Below the pieces are notes generated by a model, which worked only from the letters and a program-made list of their open reading frames with translations, was not told the DNA's origin and did no database searches. This document shows positions 19,399 through 30,273 of a stretch of DNA of 64,000 bases, one piece after another; the first letter of the stretch is position 1; every line of letters starts with the position of its first letter. This stretch comes from an uncultured Verrucomicrobiae bacterium (GTDB lineage: Bacteria; Verrucomicrobiota; Verrucomicrobiia; Chthoniobacterales; UBA10450). The position numbers and the translations under genes were made by a program. The DNA is taken from contig CAWDGJ010000002.1 in assembly GCA_963801815.1 (NCBI GenBank), positions 64,001 to 128,000 on the forward strand, given 5' to 3'.

Positions 19399-22281
19399 TC
19401 ACTCGTCATCGTCATCGTGGCCCGCATGCGTGACGTTTACATCAATCGAAGCGGTCGTCGCGTGGCCTGATGCATTTTTGCATCGCACAGTAATTGTGTA
19501 GACGCGCCCTCTGGGTCCGGCACGCAGATTCACCGTTAGATCACCTGTAATCTGAAACGCTGGCCTTCTCCGATCTTCCTCATCATCTTCGCCCCTGGGA
19601 TCGACAAACGTCACGGAAGCGATCTTGCACTTTGGGTTCGGATCGGTGTCATCGGTCACCTCAACCGACAGCGCAACAGGAACGAGCTTGTGGTCAGGCG
19701 GCCAAAGATTAGGCGGATTCGCCGTGATTGATTGAATAACTGGCACGGCTGACAACGCCCGATTGCGGCGAAACCCAAGTGCGCTGCCGGAACTACAGCC
19801 GTAGAAGCCGCGCGCCCGAATGACGAAATTTTGGCCAATCGGCAGGTTCAGGCCGCCGAGAACCCAGTTGGCGCCAGACGAAGTAGCATCGCCGAGAAAA
19901 CTGAAGCTTGCATTGTCAGTGGAGAATTCGAACGTTGCGTGAGTGAACTGCGGGCTCGAACCGGCGCGGTTCCAAGTGATATCAGTTTGCGTAACAGCAA
20001 GGTTTTGAAATGCGGCGGTATCGTTAGTTAGACGGGCGAAATTGTATCTGACGGCTAGACCGATTCCGTCGAATTGGCCGCCGACGAGGATTTTTCCGTC
20101 GGCTTGGAGGGCGAGAGTTTGAACGCTTGCGAAGCCGTTATTGGATAGCGTCGCGTTGGGATTGAATTGGATATCGGCCAGGCCATTAACCGGCTCGACT
20201 CGGCCGATACGGTTCCGTGGGAAAGTGCCGATTTTTCCAAAAAATCCGCCGGCGACGATGTGCCCATCGGCTTGGACGACGATCGACGTTACCTCATTGT
20301 CTGGATTGGGATTGAATGAATTGTCAGCCGCTCCTGTGACCGGATCGAGCCGCGCCATGTTGGTGTGGGACGCACCTCCTATAGTAGTGAACCCGCCGCC
20401 AGCCAAAATCTTCTGATCACCCTGCAATGCGATCGCGTCCACGTCGCCGTTAACGGCGGAGCCAGTCGGGTCTGGGTGGAATTGATTGTCGACCGAGGCA
20501 TTCAGGTTAAGCCGCGCCAATTTTCGCCTCGGTTGGCCGCCGATCGAGGTGAAGCTTCCGCCGACGAGGATTTTCTGGTCCTGCTGTTGAAGGATACACA
20601 CTATTTCGCCACCGAGCGGATGTGGATTAAAGGTAATATCTGCGTGGCCGTCGGTGGGATCGAGCCGCGCCAGATCAACACGCGAGGCTCCGCCGATATT
20701 AGTGAAGCCGCCGCCGTCTCCGCCGACCAGAATCATGCCGTCGCGCTGCACAACAATCGCTGAAACGGGGCCGTTTGAATTTGGATTGAAGATAGAATCA
20801 ACGGTGCCGTTTACGGGTTCGACTCGAGCAATTCTATTACGCGTTACCGGTCCGGAGAACGGTGACAACATGGTAAAGTCTCCGCCGATCAAAATGTTGC
20901 CGCTCGGCTCAACCGTGATGCAGCGCACCAGGTTGTTAGGGCTCGGATCGAATAGGTCATCGAGAGTGCCGTCGGTGTTTAGTCGAGCAAGATTATGGCG
21001 CGGGGCACCAAAAACATTGTCGAATAAACCGCCCAGCAAGATCTTGCCGTCGGTCTGAACGGCTGTAGCCAAAACGAAGCCGCTGCCAATGTTCCCAAGA
21101 TCGAGCGTGCGATCAGCTCTGCCGTCAATTTCCAATCTCGCGATGCGAGTGTGCGTCTGTGCAAACGGCGCAGCGTCAGGCATAAGCGTCGTAAAAAATC
21201 CGCCGACGACAAGCTTGTTGTCTTGCTGAGCCGCTACTGTCAAAACGATGTTGTTCGCGTTCGGATCAAAAGAATCTGCCAAACCGGTGAATGTATCTAA
21301 TCGCCCGATGTGGTTTCGCGGCTGGCCGCCGATGTTCGAAAACGCGCCACCCACGACAATTTTTCCCTCGGATTGAATCGCGATCGAGAAGACGGTGTTG
21401 TCCGCATTTGGATTGAACGAAGCATCAGCCATTCCATTTACGTCATCGAGTCGCGCAATGTGATTGCGCGCGCGACGTCCAATTCCGGTGAATGATCCGC
21501 CTGCCAAAATCGTGTGGTCGGCCTGGATGGCGATCGAAAAGACGGAACCGTTTGCGCCAGGATTAAAACCATCTGCTTGTCCTGCTTCATTGAGGCGGGC
21601 GATGCCAGCGCGCGCTTGCGTGCCGATATTGCTGAACCCGCCCCCGACTAGAATTTTGTTGTACGCCTCCAGCACGATTGTATTTACCGGGCCATCGGCT
21701 CTCGGATCGAATGAGCTGTCCACGGTGCCCGCAATCGACAAGCGCGCAATCCGAAGCCGCGATAGACCGCCGATCCTTGTAAAAGCTCCGCCAACATAAA
21801 TTCTGGCGGTTCCCAGCACAGCGATGGTGTTCACCGTGTCGCTGGCATTTGGGTCGAATGAAGAGTCCACAGCGCCCGTTGCGCCACTCAGCCTGGCGAT
21901 GCGATTCCGTGGTTGCCGCCCATCGACAATTGTAAAATCGCCGCCGATGAGCACGTTTCCATCAGGTTGAACGGCGATGGCGCGAACCGTCGCGTTCGCT
22001 GCCGCATTGAACGCGGTGTCGAGCGAACCGTCCACATTCAGGCGCACAATGCGGTCGCGGGCGACAGCTGATCCCAGCCCGATCGAGATCGTGGTGAAGT
22101 CCCCACCGAGAAGAACCTTACCGTCGGGCTGCACCACAACGACTCGAACCGGTGCGTTTACGTTTACATTGAAACCATCGAGCGCCGATTGAGCCCGCAC
22201 CATAGGCGCAACGGACAGGAAAGCCGGAACGAAGGCCGCTAACGCCGCCATTTTCAACCAACTTCTGGCCGTCGCTGTCAT
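19399..22281 (-). CDS. Secreted beta-propeller repeat protein (delta-60 type repeats) with C-terminal Ig-like domain
   Basis: Signal peptide; more than 10 repeats of the QxDGKILVGGxF..RxxIARL..D.SFNP type; C-terminal LWPPDHK domain. Confidence 0.85.
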   Translation of the reverse strand: MTATARSWLKMAALAAFVPAFLSVAPMVRAQSALDGFNVNVNAPVRVVVVQPDGKVLLGGDFTTISIGLGSAVARDRIVRLNVDGSLDTAFNAAANATVRAIAVQPDGNVLIGGDFTIVDGRQPRNRIARLSGATGAVDSSFDPNASDTVNTIAVLGTARIYVGGAFTRIGGLSRLRIARLSIAGTVDSSFDPRADGPVNTIVLEAYNKILVGGGFSNIGTQARAGIARLNEAGQADGFNPGANGSVFSIAIQADHTILAGGSFTGIGRRARNHIARLDDVNGMADASFNPNADNTVFSIAIQSEGKIVVGGAFSNIGGQPRNHIGRLDTFTGLADSFDPNANNIVLTVAAQQDNKLVVGGFFTTLMPDAAPFAQTHTRIARLEIDGRADRTLDLGNIGSGFVLATAVQTDGKILLGGLFDNVFGAPRHNLARLNTDGTLDDLFDPSPNNLVRCITVEPSGNILIGGDFTMLSPFSGPVTRNRIARVEPVNGTVDSIFNPNSNGPVSAIVVQRDGMILVGGDGGGFTNIGGASRVDLARLDPTDGHADITFNPHPLGGEIVCILQQQDQKILVGGSFTSIGGQPRRKLARLNLNASVDNQFHPDPTGSAVNGDVDAIALQGDQKILAGGGFTTIGGASHTNMARLDPVTGAADNSFNPNPDNEVTSIVVQADGHIVAGGFFGKIGTFPRNRIGRVEPVNGLADIQFNPNATLSNNGFASVQTLALQADGKILVGGQFDGIGLAVRYNFARLTNDTAAFQNLAVTQTDITWNRAGSSPQFTHATFEFSTDNASFSFLGDATSSGANWVLGGLNLPIGQNFVIRARGFYGCSSGSALGFRRNRALSAVPVIQSITANPPNLWPPDHKLVPVALSVEVTDDTDPNPKCKIASVTFVDPRGEDDEEDRRRPAFQITGDLTVNLRAGPRGRVYTITVRCKNASGHATTASIDVNVTHAGHDDDDE

Positions 22282-22298
22282 TTGATCGCAGGAACCCC

Positions 22299-24497
22299 TC
22301 AGTACAGCGTCAGACCAAAATTGGCGTCTTGTTCGAGGATGCTATTAATGTCGGGTGAGACCGCGGTCCAAAGCTGATTGCCCTGAGAAGTCAAGCCGTT
22401 GGAAGTCGGTAAGGAACCGAACGGGGGGGGTGAACCATAGATCACGTTCACTGCTCCCGCGTTGGGAACGAGTGTGCCGGCAGACGGTCCACTAATTTGA
22501 AACAGATCCTCGAACGGAGCTCCAATGGCCAGGTCGGCAGTTGCAGCCGGGGGGGTGTGGGGAAGACATCCGACGCAATCCGACGGGTCGCCAAAGTTCC
22601 ATGCGCTCAATGAGAATCCAAAGAGATCACCTAAACCTGGCGCGCCCTGCAGGGTTTGTAACGCGCCATTGCCACGGCCCTTCGTCCACACTTGGGCGTT
22701 TTGGATGGCGATGGAAAGACCGGTGCCGCTGGACCCATAAACAACGTCAACTTCTCCAGCCATGACGATATTCTGGATCGTCGGAAAAGGTGGTGGCGTA
22801 CTCACGATGACATCTTCGAGTGGCACACCGATGGCAAGATCGGCCCTGCCGTCTCCATTGAAATCGCCCGCCGCGAGCGCGGCACCAAAAAATTCGTCGG
22901 CTTCACTGTGATCGCGCGGATGATTGACGGGGAAGAGAGCGTTCTGCGTCCAGATTTGAGAGTCGTTAGCCAACGGTAACGGATTGCCAAGAGTTACCTG
23001 TTGTACGGGCTTGCCATAACGAATGTGGACGGCTCCGGCATGGTCGTTGGCCCCAACCATCCGGCCGGGAATGCCAATCGCCAGGTCCGCCCGCGTGTCT
23101 CCATTGAAGTCGCCCACGGCCAGGGCGCCGCCATAGTTATCGCCCGCCGCCGGCAAAGGCAACGCGGTTGACAATTCTGTTAATACAAAGGCTTGGCGAG
23201 CCTCACGATCGAGGCCCAAGCCCTGACCAAGAGCGTTTGCCACGAAGAGAATCACTCCGCCAGCATGCTTGATGTTGCCGGCGAGGTTGCCGCCGAAGCC
23301 GAGATCCGGTAGACCGGCCACGAGATCGGTCTCGCCATCCGCGTTGAAGTCACCCGCAGCAAGCACGCTACCAAATCCGGAATCCTGCGCCGCGGCGCCC
23401 ACCCCGCCTGCATGCAGAGTTCCCGGTTCGAGATTGAGAAATTCGACGGCGTTAAGAAATTGTTCCGGGAGCGTCGAAGCCTGCGCATTTGATGCCGGCT
23501 TGCCGGTACGGGTCAGGCCGCCGGTCGTGGGATTCACCCCACAGCCGCGACAGGTAACCACGGGCCTCGAACCGAACAGAACCCATAGTTCACCCGCCCG
23601 CTGAACACTGGTCCCTTTATTGACGGCAACAGCGGTACGGCCGGGGGCTCCCATGGCCAGATCTCCGACTCCATCGCCATTGAAATCGCCCCAGGCAAGA
23701 GCACTGCCTAAGCGCTCGTTTCCTTTGATTTGCGTGCCGCCGGAGAAAGTCGGACCGAAAATGCTGAAATCAAAGTTTTGAGGGGGATGCACGTTTGGAT
23801 CGGTCGCGGTCAGGCCATTGGGCGATCCATAGATGACGACCACGCGACCTGCATTAGGAAAGATCAGGTTGGTACTGTTAAATTTGATGGTGACGAGTTC
23901 CTGCGGAATGCCGATGGCCAAATCGGAATATCCGTCCCCATTGAAGTCACCCGAAGCAAGAGCGGCCCCAAATTCGTCATGTGCTTCAGAGGCGCCCGGA
24001 ATCCCCGAGGTGTTCTGTGACCAAAATTGGGGCAGAATCTCAGGGACTTCTGCGCCGCTCCGACTATGGCCAAGGCCTATTGGTGACCCGTAAATCACAA
24101 TGACAGCACCCGAATCGATTACTCCGGCAGGCGTTTCTTCGTGCGGAATTCCAATCGCGAGATCAGCGAAGCCATCGCCGTCGAAATCGCCCTTCGAAAT
24201 GCCACTGCTGCTGTGGCGGTGGCGCCGCAATTCCATGAACGCTTCTTTGACTTTCTTGAGCTTTTCTTTCGTTGCCTCGTCCGTGAGTTCTCTCAACGCC
24301 TTGTCGATCTTTTCGGCGGCAGCTCTCGTCATCACGTCAGTCTCGCCTTCCTCATTTTCGCTGGAGTCTGTTTGACCGGCGCTGGTCGATGGATTTTTCT
24401 GACTCGAGTAGGCTGGGTTGCTCAGCACCGTGAGTAACAAGCCGGCGGAAAAAATACAGATGAATTTAATAACCAGTAAACGAATCGTGTGGTACAT
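22299..24497 (-). CDS. Secreted FG-GAP (integrin-alpha-like) repeat protein
   Basis: Signal peptide; six GDF(N/D)xDxxxDL repeats with GxVxVxYG segments. Confidence 0.88.
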   Translation of the reverse strand: MYHTIRLLVIKFICIFSAGLLLTVLSNPAYSSQKNPSTSAGQTDSSENEEGETDVMTRAAAEKIDKALRELTDEATKEKLKKVKEAFMELRRHRHSSSGISKGDFDGDGFADLAIGIPHEETPAGVIDSGAVIVIYGSPIGLGHSRSGAEVPEILPQFWSQNTSGIPGASEAHDEFGAALASGDFNGDGYSDLAIGIPQELVTIKFNSTNLIFPNAGRVVVIYGSPNGLTATDPNVHPPQNFDFSIFGPTFSGGTQIKGNERLGSALAWGDFNGDGVGDLAMGAPGRTAVAVNKGTSVQRAGELWVLFGSRPVVTCRGCGVNPTTGGLTRTGKPASNAQASTLPEQFLNAVEFLNLEPGTLHAGGVGAAAQDSGFGSVLAAGDFNADGETDLVAGLPDLGFGGNLAGNIKHAGGVILFVANALGQGLGLDREARQAFVLTELSTALPLPAAGDNYGGALAVGDFNGDTRADLAIGIPGRMVGANDHAGAVHIRYGKPVQQVTLGNPLPLANDSQIWTQNALFPVNHPRDHSEADEFFGAALAAGDFNGDGRADLAIGVPLEDVIVSTPPPFPTIQNIVMAGEVDVVYGSSGTGLSIAIQNAQVWTKGRGNGALQTLQGAPGLGDLFGFSLSAWNFGDPSDCVGCLPHTPPAATADLAIGAPFEDLFQISGPSAGTLVPNAGAVNVIYGSPPPFGSLPTSNGLTSQGNQLWTAVSPDINSILEQDANFGLTLY

Positions 24498-24749
24498 AGC
24501 TCGAATCCTTTCTTGTTTGAAAAATCTCTGTCCAGAGAGGACGCGAGAACTTTGAAAACCCTAAAATCCCAATTTGGCAGGGACGCTTTATGTCGGGCGA
24601 TATACCAAAAATGGCGTGGGACTTCAACGCTAATCAGTGTCGGATCTTACCTGATCACTGATCTCCCTGCTGACTTCCCCGCTTTTCGCTCAAATCGCGC
24701 CACAAAAGTCTTCGACAGTGATTAGAGGGTTCGTTATGCCTTCGGCTGA

Positions 24750-27404
24750 ATGAACGCCGAACAAAAGCGGCTCGAGGAAAGTAAATCGCACAACGCGCCC
24801 TGGCATTTTTGGGGACCGTATCTGGCCGAGCGCGCGTGGGGAACGGTGCGCGAAGACTATAGCGCGAACGGCGACGCTTGGAATTATTTCCCGCATGATC
24901 ATGCCCGGTCGCGCGCGTATCGCTGGAACGAAGACGGAATCGCCGGGATCTCCGATTACAAAGGCCGGCTTTGTCTGGCGTTCGCGTTTTGGAACGAGCG
25001 CGATCCGTTCTTAAAAGAGCGCTTGTTCGGCCTGTCCCAACCGGAGGGGAACCATGGTGAGGACGTGAAGGAACTTTATTGGTACGTCGACAGCACTCCC
25101 ACGCACAGCTTCATGCGGATGGTTTATCGTTATCCGCAAGCGCGTTTCCCTTACGACGAACTTGTCACCCAAAGCGGCGCGCGTTCCAAAATGGAAGGGG
25201 AGTTCGAAATCTGGAACACGAATATCTTCGCGGAGAATCGCTACTTCGACATTGAAATCGAGTACGCCAAGGCAGGCACGGAGGACATCCTAATTCAGGT
25301 CACGGCCAAAAACTGCGGTCCAGAGACCGCGCCTTTGCATTTACTTCCGACTTTTTGGTTCCGCAACACCTGGAGCTGGGGCCGAGACCAAACCCGACCG
25401 AAACTCTCCAAAATATCCGATCGCAGTCACATTTCTATTGTCGCTGCCAGTCATCCGGCGCTCGGAGCTTACGATTTGTTTTGCGATTCGGTCGATGACC
25501 TCTTTTTCACCGAAAACGAGAGCGACGCCGAGCGGCTGTGGGGAATTCCAAAGCAGACGCCGTTTGTTAAGGATTCGATCAACGACTGCGTGGTTCACGG
25601 CAAGATCGACATCGTTAATCCCGCGCAGACTGGAACGAAAGCGGCCGCGCATTACAAGTTTAACATCCCCCCGCAGGAATCCATCTCGATTAGGCTGCGG
25701 CTGACGCGTGGCGGAAGCAAGACCAGCACGGAAGCGTTCGCGGATTTCGATGCGATGTTCAAATTGCGGCGAGCCGAAGCCGACCAGTTTTATAACGAGC
25801 TCGCGCCGGAATTGTTAAGCGAAGAGCATCGCACGATTCAACGCCAGGCGTTCGCAGGACTTCTTTGGAACAAACAATTTTATCATTACATCGTCGAGCA
25901 ATGGCTGGAAGGCGATCCCAGTCAGCCGCCACCCCCGGCCGAGCGACTTGACGGTCGCAACTCCCGTTGGCGTCATATTTACAACGAGCGAGTCATGTCG
26001 ATGCCCGACAAATGGGAATTCCCTTGGTTCGCATCGTGGGACCTTGCGTTTCACTGCATTCCGCTCGCATTGATCGACGTTCAATTCGCCAAGTCGCAGC
26101 TCGATCTGATCGTGCGTGAATGGTTCCAGCATCCGAACGGTCAGATCCCGGCCTACGAATGGAATTTTAGCGATGTGAATCCGCCGGTCATCGCGTGGGC
26201 GGCATGGCGCGTTTATCAGATCGAGCGCAAACAAGCCGGCAAAGGCGATCGCGCGTTTTTGGAAACGATCTTTCACAAAATGCTGCTGATGTTCACCTGG
26301 TGGGTGAATCGAAAGGACTCCGAGGGAAATAATATTTTCCAGGGCGGCTTCCTCGGCCTCGACAACATCGGCGTGTTTGATCGAAGCGCGCAACTTCCGG
26401 ACGGAACTCACCTCGAACAAAGCGATGCCACCAGTTGGATGGGAATGTTTTGTTTAAATCTGATGCGAATCGCGATCGAGCTGGCGCTGGAAAACCACGT
26501 TTACGAAAACATCGCGACCAAGTTCTTCGAACATTTCCTCGCTATCGCAGCCGCCATGAACAATCTTGGCGGCAAAGGCATCGGGCTCTGGAACGAGGAA
26601 GATGAATTCTACTATGATGTGCTTCACACACCCGGCGGACGCTATCTTCCGCTAAGAGTGCGCTCGATTGTCGGATTGCTGCCGTTGTTAGCAGTCGATG
26701 TTATCCAGCCGCAACTCATCGAGGCGTTACCCGGTTTTAAGCGCCGGCTCGAATGGTATCTCGCGAATCGACCCGACCTCTGCAGTTTGGTTTCGCGCTG
26801 GCAGGACCCCGGCGCCGGTGAGCGCCGCTTGATCGCGATTACGCGCGGTCATCGAATGAAATGTTTGTTGCGTCGTATGCTCGACCCGAACGAATTTCTC
26901 AGTGATTACGGCGTTCGTTCCGTCAGCAAATATCACAAGGAACATCCTTACGTGCTAACCGTGCGCGGCGAAACCAGAGTGGTGAACTACGAACCGGCCG
27001 AATCGCAGACGGGAATGTTCGGCGGCAATTCAAACTGGCGCGGACCGGTTTGGTTTCCAATCAACTACTTGTTCATCGAGTCGTTGCAGCAGTTTCACCA
27101 TTACTACGGTGACGATTTTAAAGTCGAATGCCCAACTGGTTCCGGCCAATTCATGCATTTGAAAGAGGTCGCCAATGAACTTTCGAACCGGCTGATCAAG
27201 ATTTGGGTGCGCGACAAGCATGGCGAACGCCCATTCTCGCGCACATCACAACCCGGCATCGATGGCGATGGCCGCTATCTTTTCCATGAATACTTCCACG
27301 GCGACAATGGCGCAGGCCTCGGCGCTTCGCATCAAACCGGTTGGACGGCGCTCGTTGCCAAACTCATTCAACAACAAGGCGAGTTCGGAACGATTCAGCC
27401 TTGA
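24750..27404 (+). CDS. Glucosidase, MGH1-like/GH63-related glycoside hydrolase
   Basis: WGPYLAERAWGTVREDYS, MPDKWEFPWFASWDLAFH, SNWRGPVW, EYFHGD, GASHQTGWT. Confidence 0.9.
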   Translation: MNAEQKRLEESKSHNAPWHFWGPYLAERAWGTVREDYSANGDAWNYFPHDHARSRAYRWNEDGIAGISDYKGRLCLAFAFWNERDPFLKERLFGLSQPEGNHGEDVKELYWYVDSTPTHSFMRMVYRYPQARFPYDELVTQSGARSKMEGEFEIWNTNIFAENRYFDIEIEYAKAGTEDILIQVTAKNCGPETAPLHLLPTFWFRNTWSWGRDQTRPKLSKISDRSHISIVAASHPALGAYDLFCDSVDDLFFTENESDAERLWGIPKQTPFVKDSINDCVVHGKIDIVNPAQTGTKAAAHYKFNIPPQESISIRLRLTRGGSKTSTEAFADFDAMFKLRRAEADQFYNELAPELLSEEHRTIQRQAFAGLLWNKQFYHYIVEQWLEGDPSQPPPPAERLDGRNSRWRHIYNERVMSMPDKWEFPWFASWDLAFHCIPLALIDVQFAKSQLDLIVREWFQHPNGQIPAYEWNFSDVNPPVIAWAAWRVYQIERKQAGKGDRAFLETIFHKMLLMFTWWVNRKDSEGNNIFQGGFLGLDNIGVFDRSAQLPDGTHLEQSDATSWMGMFCLNLMRIAIELALENHVYENIATKFFEHFLAIAAAMNNLGGKGIGLWNEEDEFYYDVLHTPGGRYLPLRVRSIVGLLPLLAVDVIQPQLIEALPGFKRRLEWYLANRPDLCSLVSRWQDPGAGERRLIAITRGHRMKCLLRRMLDPNEFLSDYGVRSVSKYHKEHPYVLTVRGETRVVNYEPAESQTGMFGGNSNWRGPVWFPINYLFIESLQQFHHYYGDDFKVECPTGSGQFMHLKEVANELSNRLIKIWVRDKHGERPFSRTSQPGIDGDGRYLFHEYFHGDNGAGLGASHQTGWTALVAKLIQQQGEFGTIQP

Positions 27405-27679
27405 ACTAGGCGTTTGTCCCTGGCGCGCCTCATTTCGATCGGCGTACCGCGAGTGCACTCATCGCACCAATGGCGTTTGGTTCGGTCGAGGCGCTTACGC
27501 GCGCCGCAGTTGTCGCACACAAAAACGTCGGTCTGCTTTTTTTTGTATCCGGGATAAACAGCCACAATGGATCCGAGTTCGAGATCTTGACGCTGGTCGG
27601 ATGTATCACGTCCATGGTTTAACGCAAACGCATTCCGCGCCAGTCGCGCTTTTCGATCGACATTAGCTTTCTGTGATGG

Positions 27680-28645
27680 TCAGTGGCGCCTTGCCATACT
27701 CGCTCCTGTATCGTCGCTCGGCGCTTCCTGTCTTTTGACTAATTGCTCGTTAGCGTGCCGGTGCTCGATTACGAAAGGATTGTTATCTCCGTAACTGCGC
27801 CACGGCCCTTGCGGCACATCCGGCACTCCGACAAATTGCCAATCAGTTACGTCGAGTGACTGCAGGCCCAGATAATCGCGCACCGCCGGCGACACATCCA
27901 GTCCAGCACCGGCATTGGAATTAGGCGCGGGCCTTTCGTTTCCGAAAACGTATTGAAAATGATCTGTCCGGAATGGACCGCAATCTTCCCACTGCGCATA
28001 GCAAATCCGGTTACCTTTGCGAATCGCGATCCAACGGTCCTTACAAACGGATTGCCCGCGTCCGATGTAGGCTGCTTTAAACCACGGGATAACAAGTGGC
28101 GCTTCCGGTTTGAATTCCCCATGCGTCACATCGTTATACGGTAGTGCGACATAAAACGGATTTTGCCTCGGAATAAACGCCACCGGAATGTAATCCCTCC
28201 GATTCGATGCTTCGGGCGGGTCAAAGCCGCCATAGTTCGCTGTCCAATTGAGATCCCACGAGCTTCGGTCGTTGGACACGGGATTATTCGGTCCAGCTGG
28301 TTCGCCGACCCAAAATACCGTCGTCACAATATTCCTTTTCCAAGGAATCCGAAAGTTCTCGAAGGATTGTACGATGGGTTTTGCGTTCAGAATTCCTTCT
28401 TGCCCTAACCTTATCACGTAGGTCGTGAAATCGGCAGCTGTTGCATACGGCGAGCTTGAGGAGTCCGAATGGCCGTAAGGGCCAAACGCGCCCTCCAGGG
28501 GCCAACGCGTATCGCACCAGCCCACCCAAAAGACGAGCGCCCCAAACACGAAAATCGCCAACGCTCCAGGCCATTTGCTTGACGGCCTCCTTACCGACGA
28601 ATCGCCAGCCCCCCTGAAGTCGACGCTCAGCTCACGCGCGCGCAT
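27680..28645 (-). CDS. Membrane-anchored hypothetical protein, possible RlpA/double-psi-barrel-like domain
   Basis: N-terminal TM; NPFYVALPYND, YAQWEDCGPF and GLDVSPAV resemble the DxGP..DLS pattern. Confidence 0.6.
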   Translation of the reverse strand: MRARELSVDFRGAGDSSVRRPSSKWPGALAIFVFGALVFWVGWCDTRWPLEGAFGPYGHSDSSSSPYATAADFTTYVIRLGQEGILNAKPIVQSFENFRIPWKRNIVTTVFWVGEPAGPNNPVSNDRSSWDLNWTANYGGFDPPEASNRRDYIPVAFIPRQNPFYVALPYNDVTHGEFKPEAPLVIPWFKAAYIGRGQSVCKDRWIAIRKGNRICYAQWEDCGPFRTDHFQYVFGNERPAPNSNAGAGLDVSPAVRDYLGLQSLDVTDWQFVGVPDVPQGPWRSYGDNNPFVIEHRHANEQLVKRQEAPSDDTGASMARRH

Positions 28646-28736
28646 GATTTACAAGTTTCGCACTCTAGTAAACAGTCAACTACCGTAGAAACGGCATTGG
28701 ACGTTGGTCCTACGAGTCTTGATGTAAAATAGATTA

Positions 28737-29078
28737 CTACTCGCTTTGACGCGGACGACGCATGATGTGAATCGCGAGAATGCGGCTTTGATGGCGGGCC
28801 AGAAGGTAATCGATAAAATCGCCGATGATCGAGTTCGGTTTGTGCCCGAGTTTGGTCACCACGCGGCAAATAAGCGTGTTGCTGCGGCCGTGCCATTCGA
28901 GATTGATCGCGCCGTGTGCATCGATCGCGCTATGTAGTTTCGCCCAACCGTGCGGCCGGCCAGGTTGTTTCGCCCAAACCTTGATGAACTTGAATTTTCG
29001 ATCCAACTGCGGGTCGCGCATGATCTGGCTGCGCAACGATCCGCGTCCGGTCGCGATCACCTGGATCACGGTCTGCAT
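28737..29078 (-). CDS. Hypothetical basic protein
   Basis: 113-aa ATG ORF co-oriented with its neighbours, with plausible globular composition. Confidence 0.65.
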   Translation of the reverse strand: MQTVIQVIATGRGSLRSQIMRDPQLDRKFKFIKVWAKQPGRPHGWAKLHSAIDAHGAINLEWHGRSNTLICRVVTKLGHKPNSIIGDFIDYLLARHQSRILAIHIMRRPRQSE

Positions 29079-29133
29079 TTGTGAATCACGTTAAGCAAAT
29101 CGGACTAACGAAAGAAAATTCAAACGAAAACTT

Positions 29134-29181
29134 GTAGCCACGTCGCTGTGCGACGTCGACGGCCCGCAGGGCCGTGGCTAC
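29134..29181. repeat. GTAG REP doublet (inverted pair)
   Basis: GTAGCC-ACGTCGC-TGT-GCGACGT .. ACGGCCC-GCA-GGGCCGT-GGCTAC; the right CTAC contains the GNAT stop codon. Confidence 0.85.
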
Positions 29182-29666
29182 ACAAGCGATTGAAACATCA
29201 CATAAACATCGACATATCCCTTCGTCGGATGCCGAAACGCACCGGGCAACGTCCCGACGATCCTCATCCCGAGGTCCTGCCAGAGTTTTACCGCGCCTTC
29301 GTTGGTTGAAACGACGAAGTTGAATTGCATTGCGCGGAAACCGAGACGGCGCGCTTCCTTCAAGCAATGCTCGCCCATCGTACGGCCGGTCCCCTGCCCA
29401 CGTCCACTTTCCGCGACGATGAAAGCCGCGTTTGCAACATGTGCGCCGCCACCCGATTGATTCGCGTGCAACGCGTAACTGCCGACAATTTCACCGTCGT
29501 TGTCGGCAACATAAGCGTGCCCGCGACGTTGAAACCAATATGCCAGCGCGTCTTCGCGAGAAATATTCGGATCGAGCGGATAGGTTTCGCCAGTCGCAAT
29601 TACTTCGTGGAAAATTTGCCAGATGGCGTCGCGATCTGAATCAATGGCCTCACGAATATCAAGCAC
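29178..29666 (-). CDS. GNAT family N-acetyltransferase
   Basis: RGQGTG acetyl-CoA motif, AMQFNFVVSTN, GAFRHP. Confidence 0.9.
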   Translation of the reverse strand: MLDIREAIDSDRDAIWQIFHEVIATGETYPLDPNISREDALAYWFQRRGHAYVADNDGEIVGSYALHANQSGGGAHVANAAFIVAESGRGQGTGRTMGEHCLKEARRLGFRAMQFNFVVSTNEGAVKLWQDLGMRIVGTLPGAFRHPTKGYVDVYVMFQSLV

Positions 29667-29805
29667 GGCGCAAGTTTAGCGTCGTTTAAAGTATTGCACC
29701 GCTTTTTCGTGTTTCTTCGCGGCGGCCCTGGTTTTAAATGTGCCGAGGTTTCTTCGCTTCCCGGTCTTCGGATTTTTCTCGCGCGAATAAAGCCGGTAAC
29801 CGCCC

Positions 29806-30237
29806 TTAATTTTCCGGACCATGACGTGCTCCCTGGATTAGTTCGATCCAGAGCAGAACGACGAGTGCAAAAAAAATTGGGAGATCGATCGCCATATGTT
29901 GCGCGAAGCTCCAATGCTGGCTGGCGTGACCAAAACATCCGCAGGTAATATCGAGCCCACGTGTTTTGGCCGCCACGGTCGCGCCGATGAAAACCAGGAT
30001 GAGCACCGTCAGGATCGACAATCCGCCACGGTAGAGAAAATGAAAAATCAGCGCGAGTCCGCACAAGATTTCAAGCCACGGCAGAAAAAATGCGAACCGT
30101 ACGCTTATGAACCACGGCAGGATTTTAAAATTGTCGATGTCCAATCCGAACTGGACGGGGTCGAGCGCCTTGAGCACGCCGGCGTAAACAAAAATTCCGC
30201 CCGCGATTAGATCTAAGATCCGCCACGCAAACTTCAT
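29806..30237 (-). CDS. MauE/DoxX-family membrane protein
   Basis: FVYAGVLK, LPWLEI, RGLDITCGCFG. Confidence 0.85.
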   Translation of the reverse strand: MKFAWRILDLIAGGIFVYAGVLKALDPVQFGLDIDNFKILPWFISVRFAFFLPWLEILCGLALIFHFLYRGGLSILTVLILVFIGATVAAKTRGLDITCGCFGHASQHWSFAQHMAIDLPIFFALVVLLWIELIQGARHGPEN

Positions 30238-30241
30238 GTTT

Positions 30242-30273
30242 TCAACGGCTCAACTCCTCAACATCTCAACGAT
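30242..30273. repeat. 4x 8-mer TCAACNNN array between the rhodanese and DoxX genes
   Basis: tcaacggc tcaactcc tcaacatc tcaacgat; the last unit contains the rhodanese TGA. Confidence 0.7.

Noticed and set aside
27405..27679. Possible small gene between the glucosidase and the hypothetical protein
   Set aside because: The short ORFs lack a convincing start or motif; only a decayed REP-like hairpin is visible.
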